Assembly: GCA_964577645.1 (NCBI GenBank) | Contig: CAZOAP010000001.1 | Location: 1-62,693 of the forward strand | DNA length: 62,693 nucleotides | Source: an uncultured Ignavibacteriales bacterium | Lineage (GTDB): Bacteria; Bacteroidota; Ignavibacteria; Tepidaquicellales; OLB5 | Reading direction: 5' to 3' | Shown here: piece after piece, positions 56,212 through 62,693 of the stretch | Numbering within the stretch: position 1 is the first letter of the stretch | How the letters are laid out: every line of letters begins with the position of its first letter | The notes under the pieces: generated by a model | The model's database searches: none | What the model was told of the DNA's origin: nothing | Seen by the model: only the letters and a program-made list of their open reading frames with translations | Position numbers and translations under genes: made by a program

Positions 56212-56236
56212 TTATAAGACTTCAAAAGTCTTATAA
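56212..56236. repeat. Palindrome TTATAAGACTT-caa-AAGTCTTATAA (11-bp stem)
   Basis: Read directly, in the divergent cupin / lipoprotein-like spacer. Confidence 0.7.
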
Positions 56237-56280
56237 TGCATAATAAAACATTTCACTTAAAAAATAGATCGTATATTTAT

Positions 56281-56301
56281 ATCAGACTTTTGAAGTCTTA
56301 T
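56281..56301. repeat. Inverted second copy ATCAGACTT-ttg-AAGTCTTAT
   Basis: Equals the reverse complement of the 21-nt core of 56212-56236 at 20 of 21 positions. Confidence 0.7.
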
Positions 56302-56328
56302 GTATTTATATATTCGAATTTATTTCAC

Positions 56329-56336
56329 TAATTTTG
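56329..56336 (+). promoter_or_regulatory. Candidate -7 promoter box TAATTTTG
   Basis: Exact TAnnTTTG match 50 nt upstream of the ATG at 56387. Confidence 0.3.
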
Positions 56337-56386
56337 TACGGAACAAAACATGTGAAATTTCAGTAATATAATTAACTGATAAATTT

Positions 56387-57160
56387 ATGAAAATGAAAAT
56401 GAAATATCTGTCATTAATTATTATTTGTTCAGCATTTATATTCAGCGGTTTTATCTGTGCAAAAAGTACCGGAAATTCCGATGGCTCTCCATTACCCGAT
56501 AAACGGCCTGATGATATCAGGTTCAGATATTCACAAGACGGCGGCATGATGTATTACAGCGAAGAAATATTTATCTCAAAGGATTCATCTTATTACTCAA
56601 TTAATGATGGCGGCGCTATAACAAAGGCATATTTCAAAATGAGCTCACAGGATCTTGATAAACTATACTCTGTTTTTAAGGATAATAATTTTGACGAAAT
56701 AGAATCCTACGAAGAAAAAGTTTATGATCGCGGAGGCGAGAGCATTTACCTTAACTGGGATAGAAGCAAATACGCAAGTGTAAGCAACTCAGGTATGACG
56801 TTTGTAAAAGATTCATGGAAAAAAGAGTGGTCTGCCTGCAGTGATGCGATTGAAAAGATCGGGAAAGAAGAGCTTGAAAAACAAAAGAAAGATTATAATG
56901 TAATAATGGATAAGTCATTATTCGGAAAAGAATTCTATATGCAGATAAACTTAAAAGTTATTGTTCCCCTAAGCACTTTAATGGCTGAGCGTGAAAGTGA
57001 TAAAGAAATAGTGAGAACTATTAAGCTTTCACCAGGCAGCCACAGGGCAATAGTTACACTTGGAAAAGCCACATACAATATTCCCATAAACTCTGACAGC
57101 ACAAAAACACTGAGGATGTACCTGGCAAATGATTCACTTAAATATGAATATTTAAAATAA
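56387..57160 (+). CDS. Exported hypothetical protein (possible lipoprotein)
   Basis: The signal sequence is MKMKMKYLSLIIICSAFIFSGFICAKS. No recognisable domain. Any of three ATGs (56387, 56393, 56399) could be the start. Confidence 0.55.
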   Translation: MKMKMKYLSLIIICSAFIFSGFICAKSTGNSDGSPLPDKRPDDIRFRYSQDGGMMYYSEEIFISKDSSYYSINDGGAITKAYFKMSSQDLDKLYSVFKDNNFDEIESYEEKVYDRGGESIYLNWDRSKYASVSNSGMTFVKDSWKKEWSACSDAIEKIGKEELEKQKKDYNVIMDKSLFGKEFYMQINLKVIVPLSTLMAERESDKEIVRTIKLSPGSHRAIVTLGKATYNIPINSDSTKTLRMYLANDSLKYEYLK

Positions 57161-57171
57161 ACATGTCTTCC

Positions 57172-57196
57172 AAAAAAGGGGCAGGTAGCCCCTTTT
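57172..57196 (+). terminator. Rho-independent terminator
   Basis: AAAAGGGGC-aggta-GCCCCTTTT. Confidence 0.8.
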
Positions 57197-57300
57197 ATTA
57201 TTCCTCTCAAAATAATTTAAATTCTACCTATTCTTTGAAACTCATATTGGTAAATAGGTGTTACAACACATAACTAACCACCAACTAATTAATTATCAAT

Positions 57301-57723
57301 ATGATCAAAAATTTTCTTGATAAGTACAGAGATGCAGGTATTCTTTTTATAAGGATCGGCATCGGATTCTCATTTATTTTCGTTCACGGCTTGCCTAAAA
57401 TTTCAGGTGGACCGGCTTTGTGGGAAAAGATAGGTAGCGCTATGAATAATTACGGATTAGGTTTCGCGCCAACTTTCTGGGGATTCATGGCTTCAGCATC
57501 GGAGTTTGGAGGCGGTATATTGATACTGCTTGGATTATTCACAAGACCTGCTTCGGCATTCATGGCATTTACAATGCTCACAGCATTTATGATGCATACA
57601 TCAAAACTTGACCCGTGGAGCAAAGCTATTTACCCGATGGAAATGTTCGCGGTATTTATGGGTCTCTTGTTTATAGGTGCAGGTAAATACAGCATTGATG
57701 CTTTGATATCAAAAAAGAAGTAA
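57301..57723 (+). CDS. DoxX family membrane protein
   Basis: Four TM helices over 140 aa. The pattern GILFIRIGIGFSFIFVHGLPK...E..GG.L...GLFTR.A is typical of DoxX. Confidence 0.8.
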   Translation: MIKNFLDKYRDAGILFIRIGIGFSFIFVHGLPKISGGPALWEKIGSAMNNYGLGFAPTFWGFMASASEFGGGILILLGLFTRPASAFMAFTMLTAFMMHTSKLDPWSKAIYPMEMFAVFMGLLFIGAGKYSIDALISKKK

Positions 57724-57767
57724 TTCAATTCAGTGTTTTTTGAAATGCCTTCAATTTTAGAGCTCTC

Positions 57768-57791
57768 GTTCCCAAGCATCCGCTTGGGAAC
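57768..57791. repeat. GC-rich palindromic word GTTCCCAAGC-atcc-GCTTGGGAAC (10-bp stem, no U-tract)
   Basis: Read directly, 45 nt after the DoxX stop. Confidence 0.7.
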
Positions 57792-57884
57792 ATATGAAAT
57801 TACTATCCCACCTCATTCTGTTCAACAAATTTGATTCATTTTCAAGTCAGCTTTTTTGATAACAGGAAATTAATATTTTCTGTT

Positions 57885-57892
57885 TATTTTTG
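57885..57892 (+). promoter_or_regulatory. Candidate -7 promoter box TATTTTTG
   Basis: Exact TAnnTTTG match 32 nt upstream of the ATG at 57925. Confidence 0.35.
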
Positions 57893-57924
57893 TATATTAA
57901 TAAATTAATTATTCTAACAACATC

Positions 57925-59346
57925 ATGCTGAAAAAACTATTTTTCTTAATGATTTTGCTTGTACCATTTGTAACAATGGCACAGTTTGAAGATATCATCA
58001 AAAAAACTGTCGTTCCTGATATCCTCGAAGAAAAAAATATCACCACATCAATTGATGATGCGTACCCGGTTTCCTTCTGGATAAACGATATTGATAAATA
58101 TTACGATCCCATAGAACCAGCTGATTACAACGCACCACTGGGGCCGGGTTATTACCGTATGACGGTACAAAGCTACTGCCTGAAGGCAGGGACCCACGGT
58201 CCGACCAAAGGTAGCGGCCATTTGATAGCTCCCATAAAAGGCAAGCTTGATAACCTTGTAACAAATATTCTGACCCGTTCAGCGGAGCATCCGGAAATTG
58301 CACAAAGGGATATTCAGCTTCTGTTATGGTCAATTATATACGGCGCTAAGTTTACTGACCTGCAGCCTGAGCTTCAGCTTCGTGTGAAACCGCTTCTCAC
58401 GCCTGCTGAAATTGCGGAGCTAAGCATCGGTATAAGTGATGTTCCGCTTGACCTACTGCCGGATGAAGTAAGATCAACCGCCAAGTTCTACAAAGATCTC
58501 CGCGGAAAAATTACTGACCCCTCTTCAAACTTTGAAGAAATTGAAAGTATGGCTGTCTTAAGCGGAGAAGCTCCATCAAACATGCTGAAAAAACAAGTTG
58601 ACCCGGGTAACTGGGCTTATATTGGCGATGGCTTTTATATGAGAATGATGCCCGAAGGCTACCAGAAATCAATACTTGAGCTATACCGCCCTCAGTCTGT
58701 AAACGTTACACGTGACTCAAAGGGAAGAATTACTTTATTCGAAAAGAACGGCGATAAAATTGAAATAAGTTACGTTGATGAACCGGGAAGCGATGTAATG
58801 AAAGCCGACGACGGAAAATTCTACCCGATATACAGGTTTAAATCAGTAAGGTTTATTGGTACTAACGCCGGGGAAGAAGAACTGATAGAGAACTTCGGGT
58901 GGATGATACGCGGTGACGGCAAAGAACTTAAAAATATAACTGAGTTCAAAAGTTACCCGCAGGACCCGTCAGCTTCATTATACAAAGCACGGCTTGTAAC
59001 TGCGAATGATTTTTTCAAAAAAATAGCGAAGTACCGCAAAGATTCCAATAATCCCGGAAAAGGCAGTGAACCGGGCAATATGGATGAATTCAATGCCGAT
59101 AAACATATCAAAGACGGACTTGATGCAATAAAAGATCCGACAGATTTTAAAGATAAACGTGACTGGATTGATAAACATCTTGATTACGTAAAAGACTGGT
59201 GGAATTGCGCTTCAAATTCACTTGCAGGCGGTTCCTGCGATGACGATGATACTCCCAGAAAACCAAATCCACAGAAAAAAACCGCGGCACCAGGAAACAC
59301 TAAAGGCCAGCGAATTGCCCCTTCTCTCAGAAAATGGGGCGAGTAG
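57925..59346 (+). CDS. Secreted hypothetical protein with a basic, low-complexity C-terminus
   Basis: The signal peptide is MLKKLFFLMILLVPFVTMAQ. No recognised domain. Confidence 0.6.
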   Translation: MLKKLFFLMILLVPFVTMAQFEDIIKKTVVPDILEEKNITTSIDDAYPVSFWINDIDKYYDPIEPADYNAPLGPGYYRMTVQSYCLKAGTHGPTKGSGHLIAPIKGKLDNLVTNILTRSAEHPEIAQRDIQLLLWSIIYGAKFTDLQPELQLRVKPLLTPAEIAELSIGISDVPLDLLPDEVRSTAKFYKDLRGKITDPSSNFEEIESMAVLSGEAPSNMLKKQVDPGNWAYIGDGFYMRMMPEGYQKSILELYRPQSVNVTRDSKGRITLFEKNGDKIEISYVDEPGSDVMKADDGKFYPIYRFKSVRFIGTNAGEEELIENFGWMIRGDGKELKNITEFKSYPQDPSASLYKARLVTANDFFKKIAKYRKDSNNPGKGSEPGNMDEFNADKHIKDGLDAIKDPTDFKDKRDWIDKHLDYVKDWWNCASNSLAGGSCDDDDTPRKPNPQKKTAAPGNTKGQRIAPSLRKWGE

Positions 59347-59374
59347 TCTCCTTAAAACTTGATTTTTAATTTTC

Positions 59375-59413
59375 GCAGGGTCTTTATATTTATTAAGGAC
59401 CCTGCATTTTTTT
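59375..59413 (+). terminator. Rho-independent terminator
   Basis: GCAGGGTCTTT-(9-nt loop)-AAGGACCCTGC followed by ATTTTTTT. Confidence 0.75.
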
Positions 59414-59480
59414 CAGGAACCATTACCTGTTTTGTTCTGTATAACTCTCAAAACCACAATTCAAATCATACTTCTATATT

Positions 59481-60653
59481 ATGCTAAGAGCTCAATTTAA
59501 ACGATATTTAGCAGGTTTTTTGTTATTTTCCGGAATCACCTTTTCGCAAAATCCGCAGCACCTGAATAACAAAATATTTTTTTCTGATAACTATTTTTTT
59601 AATATTGATTCACTGAAGATCGAAAACAAGCTTGATATAAAAACTGTATATTACGGACAAAATGATACTGTTGTGTTTGCAGGCAATACAAAAGATATAT
59701 CTGCGTACAGTAAATTAGATTTCCATAAATATAATGATCTTGATACATCCCTTTTCTATGAGCTTAACTCCACTGGTACAGCTATGAACTGGAATATAGT
59801 TTACCTGAACGGCAAGAAATTTTTTCTGGATTACAAAACAAATATAATATCAGTTTTTGATGGATCCGGTAGTTTAATCATGGATATCCCCTCAAAAGAA
59901 TCAACAATTGACCGTGATATAAACGGCAGGGATATGCTTTTAAAAGGAAACAATTCAGTAGTTCACGTAAAAGATCTTAATGGAGATGGCGGTTATATAA
60001 TAACAGCTTATGACGCCTCAGGGTATGAATTATGGACAGCTAAAACCCCACATACTGATATTGAAGCTAAAGGTGATACCCGCTACTATAAACGCTACCT
60101 CAATTATTACAAAAGTAATTCCAAATACTTAATCTTCACAAATAACTGGTTCTATAAAGATAATCCCAAATCTGTTATTATTAATCTTTCCACTGGCGAG
60201 TTAACAGATCTTCCTATATTAATTAACGGTATTTTATTCGATAATGATAATAATATTGCTGGCTTAATGCAGTATAATGAAAAAGAAAACATTGTTACTT
60301 TCTCCAAAGGTATAAATAAAGAAGCGGCATGGGAATATAAATATAATGATAGACAGGTCTCTCCATACAGCATAACTGCGTTGGTTAAAGATAACATTTT
60401 AGTACTTGCCCTATACTATCCTATTTCTACGGGGTCTGATCTTGTTGCTGTAGACTTAAATAGCGGTCAGCTGAAATGGCATGCTAAAGTTGACCAGGTA
60501 AATGCATCTCACTCCAAATATTACAATCACGTGAATTTATTCAGCTATAAAGATAAGGTACTTATGGAAGGAATTGAATCTTACGGCAGGTATCTTCAGG
60601 TTTTTGATGTTAATGCGGGCACAAAACTCTTTAGTGATATTAACACAAGATAA
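59481..60653 (+). CDS. Secreted hypothetical protein, possibly a PQQ/BamB-like beta-propeller
   Basis: It has a signal peptide. Segments such as LVAVDLNSGQLKWHAKV and ITAYDASGYELWTAKT resemble PQQ-like propeller blades. Confidence 0.55.
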   Translation: MLRAQFKRYLAGFLLFSGITFSQNPQHLNNKIFFSDNYFFNIDSLKIENKLDIKTVYYGQNDTVVFAGNTKDISAYSKLDFHKYNDLDTSLFYELNSTGTAMNWNIVYLNGKKFFLDYKTNIISVFDGSGSLIMDIPSKESTIDRDINGRDMLLKGNNSVVHVKDLNGDGGYIITAYDASGYELWTAKTPHTDIEAKGDTRYYKRYLNYYKSNSKYLIFTNNWFYKDNPKSVIINLSTGELTDLPILINGILFDNDNNIAGLMQYNEKENIVTFSKGINKEAAWEYKYNDRQVSPYSITALVKDNILVLALYYPISTGSDLVAVDLNSGQLKWHAKVDQVNASHSKYYNHVNLFSYKDKVLMEGIESYGRYLQVFDVNAGTKLFSDINTR

Positions 60654-60847
60654 TAATTAGCAGATAAAAAATAGATCCTTACAATAGATTAATAGCAAAC
60701 CCGCATATGAAAATTTCCGTTAAAAAATTAGCTTCGCAGTATAAACACAGGAAAATTTGTTTGAGTCCGGCAGCCGCAGGACGAGTTATTTTCCTGTACG
60801 GCGAAGATAATTTTAGGAAATTTTCAACAGCGGGCGATTTTTCTTTG

Positions 60848-60881
60848 GTTACTTTCTTTTCATCGCAGAAAAGAAAGTAAC
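60848..60881 (+). repeat. 13-bp-stem hairpin GTTACTTTCTTTT-catcgcag-AAAAGAAAGTAAC with a T-rich tail
   Basis: Read directly. It sits at the end of a locally GC-richer island (about 60760-60840) inside a 340-nt spacer. Confidence 0.65.
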
Positions 60882-60981
60882 ACTTTTTATTTTATGGTTT
60901 TCAATTGCTATTTTCAGTCCTAAAGCTTCAACCTAAAAATATATGTAAAAATGATCATTTTAAACCTAACAGGTTTTTAGC

Positions 60982-60989
60982 TATCTTTG
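60982..60989 (+). promoter_or_regulatory. Candidate -7 promoter box TATCTTTG only 4 nt upstream of the truA ATG
   Basis: Exact TAnnTTTG match. The flanking GCTATCTTTGT is identical to the box at 4972. Confidence 0.35.
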
Positions 60990-60993
60990 TGTT

Positions 60994-61752
60994 ATGAAAT
61001 TCAAAATATATCTGGAATACGCCGGGGCAAATTACTCCGGCTGGCAAAAACAGCCTAAAGAATCAGCGGTAAAGACCGTACAGGGCACACTTATGAAAGC
61101 TATTGATACGGTTTTCCGGAAGAATAAGGGAACGAATAAATTTATTGATCTGCAGGGCTCCGGCCGAACAGATGCAGGTGTTCACGCTATTGAACAGGTT
61201 GCGCATTTGGAATGTGAAACCATGCTTGGACCCGAAATATTGAAAATGAAGATCAACGATGAGCTTCCCGGGGATATAAATATACTTGAAATAGAAAAAG
61301 CTCGCCCTGATTTCCACGCAAGGCACACTGCAAAATCACGTCAATACCTGTATGTAATTTCAAAAAGAAGAACAGCCTTTGAAAAACGGTTCGTATGGTG
61401 GGTTAAAGATAAGCTGGATGTAAAGAAAATGAAGAACGCATCGAAGCTTTTTGAAGGAATGCATGATTTCAAATCGTTTTCAGAAAAATCACCTGATGAT
61501 AAATCTACAAAATGCCTGGTTGAGTCAATTGAGGTAACTGAGGATACCAACAAAATTTACATCCGCATCAAAGCATCACATTTTTTGTGGAAGATGGTAA
61601 GGCGTATTGTCGGAGCGCTTGTTGAAGTTGGCAGGGGCAAAATGAACAATGAAGATATTTCTAACCTGCTTGAAAATTCGGGCGTAAAAAAAGCGGTCGC
61701 TGAATACACCGCCCCTCCATCGGGATTATTTCTTGAAAAGATCGAGTATTAA
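60994..61752 (+). CDS. truA: tRNA pseudouridine(38-40) synthase TruA
   Basis: YAGANYSGWQKQ, GSGRTDAGVHA (catalytic Asp) and FHARH...R.Y.Y are present. Confidence 0.95.
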   Translation: MKFKIYLEYAGANYSGWQKQPKESAVKTVQGTLMKAIDTVFRKNKGTNKFIDLQGSGRTDAGVHAIEQVAHLECETMLGPEILKMKINDELPGDINILEIEKARPDFHARHTAKSRQYLYVISKRRTAFEKRFVWWVKDKLDVKKMKNASKLFEGMHDFKSFSEKSPDDKSTKCLVESIEVTEDTNKIYIRIKASHFLWKMVRRIVGALVEVGRGKMNNEDISNLLENSGVKKAVAEYTAPPSGLFLEKIEY

Positions 61753-61771
61753 ACAGACAATTGCTTTTGAA

Positions 61772-61790
61772 TCCCCCTTATAAAGGGGGA
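61772..61790. repeat. Palindrome TCCCCCTT-ata-AAGGGGGA (terminator-like hairpin after truA)
   Basis: Read directly. A partial second copy, TTATAAAGGGGA, lies at 61850-61861. Confidence 0.6.
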
Positions 61791-61886
61791 GTACAATCCT
61801 GAATATTCAAGCACCCCAGAATTGAACTATCTTCAAACCTTTTGTTAAGTTATAAAGGGGATTTGAAATCATCCATTAAAGTATTT

Positions 61887-62693
61887 TTACACCGGTGTCA
61901 CAAATTCAACATCAACTTCAAAAACCTCTTCAAATAATTTTTTCTTGCTTGTTGCACCCCAAATTTCAAGCTCCATATTGGTTTCATCTCCATGCAAAAT
62001 GAAAGTAACTTTGTTACCATCTGTATTACATTCAATTTTCTTTATCGATGATGTATGAGAGCGGTCAAGGCCATCAGCAACACGCAAAATTGCTGCAAGC
62101 TTGCGTATTACAAGCTGGTCCTCGGGGTTTAGCTTCGCATAATCAGGATGTTTAAGCTTAGGATGGCTCTTCCTGTGATATCGTGCAACATTGGCAACAA
62201 TTTCCTTTTCATTTTCGGTGAAGCCAAGCATTTCAGCATTGCGGATAATGTAATATGAATGCCTGTGATGCTGGGAGTGGGATACGAACCCGCCAACTTC
62301 ATGCAGTATTGAAGCAGCTTCAAGGTACTCACGTTCCGTGCTGCCAAGCTTGTGAAGTTTTTTTGTGAGGTCAAATATTTTAAGGGCAAGTCCGGTAACA
62401 TGTGCTGAGTGTTCCTTCTCTATCCTGAAATTTTCAGCAATATGCATAACGCTGTTATATCTTATGTTACCAAGGTGGTCCTTATCCTTCAGCAGGAATT
62501 CTTTTTCAATAGTATCGAGAACAATGCCCTCTCTCAGCGCATATTCAGAAATTATCATCTCCTTTATCTTAAGCTCCTTAAATATCTGCTCAAGTAATAT
62601 TGCACCTGCAGTAATGATATCTGCCCTGCCGGGGTCAAGTCCGGGGATCTTCAGTTTTTGTTTAACAGATCTGGCTTCGATTATATCATTCAC
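61887..62693 (-). CDS. ppx: Exopolyphosphatase / pppGpp phosphohydrolase (Ppx/GppA family), N-terminus outside the window
   Basis: The ORF is open to the window edge. It contains the end of the ASKHA domain (GLDPGRADIITAGAILLE) and an HD domain (LHEVGGFVSHSQHHRHSYYIIRN). Confidence 0.85.
   Translation of the reverse strand: MNDIIEARSVKQKLKIPGLDPGRADIITAGAILLEQIFKELKIKEMIISEYALREGIVLDTIEKEFLLKDKDHLGNIRYNSVMHIAENFRIEKEHSAHVTGLALKIFDLTKKLHKLGSTEREYLEAASILHEVGGFVSHSQHHRHSYYIIRNAEMLGFTENEKEIVANVARYHRKSHPKLKHPDYAKLNPEDQLVIRKLAAILRVADGLDRSHTSSIKKIECNTDGNKVTFILHGDETNMELEIWGATSKKKLFEEVFEVDVEFVTPV

Noticed and set aside
60706-60879. A 57-codon ORF (MKISVKKLASQYKHRKICLSPAAAGRVIFLYGEDNFRKFSTAGDFSLVTFFSSQKRK) in the spacer upstream of truA.
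   Set aside because: It runs through the GC-rich island and terminates inside the 13-bp hairpin. This pattern is typical of pseudo-ORFs created by repeat elements. It has no SD-like sequence and falls below the track threshold.
1-62693. A mobile genetic element or genomic island spanning part of the window.
   Set aside because: I saw no integrase, transposase, tRNA attachment site, long direct repeats or abrupt compositional switch. Housekeeping genes (thyX, uvrA, serS, truA, ppx) are interspersed throughout.

Overview
This is a low-GC chromosomal window from what looks like an FCB-group bacterium, probably Ignavibacteria- or Bacteroidota-like. Three observations support that: three proteins end in a T9SS Por-type C-terminal sorting domain, several gene starts are preceded by TAnnTTTG -7 boxes, and an alternative complex III (ACIII) sits next to an aa3-type oxidase. 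I did not recognise any rRNA, tRNA, CRISPR array, transposase, integrase or prophage body. The window is mostly housekeeping and envelope genes: a 5'-truncated M1 peptidase, an ArnT-like glycosyltransferase, an APC permease, thyX, uvrA, an LPS-core block (LpxL-like acyltransferase plus GT9), an aldo/keto reductase, a PfkB kinase, an RmlD-like reductase, serS, an ECF sigma pair, an NhaP antiporter, truA and a truncated ppx. The dominant feature is a roughly 16-kb minus-strand respiratory supercluster (25668-41757) ordered actA, small Tat ORF, actB, actC, actD/E fusion, actF, cytochrome c, SCO, coxI, coxIII, coxIV, coxII, ctaB, membrane-cytochrome c fusion. The parts most worth a second look are these. 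(1) A module present twice: a ~500-aa all-helical protein divergent from a T9SS cargo gene, followed by a 13-bp GGTGAC-N5-GTCACC hairpin and then a membrane protein (3234-9636 and 41995-46339). Copy 1 also carries a non-phage tail-fiber/S74-chaperone protein. (2) An eRF1-like (baeRF-type) protein coupled to a GNAT-nitrilase fusion and divergent from a tandem Usp (51907-55556). (3) Non-canonical details of the ACIII/oxidase cluster. (4) A set of short palindromic or tandem repeat words that fill nearly every long spacer. All product calls come from motifs I recognised by eye in the supplied translations. No database search or folding calculation was run.
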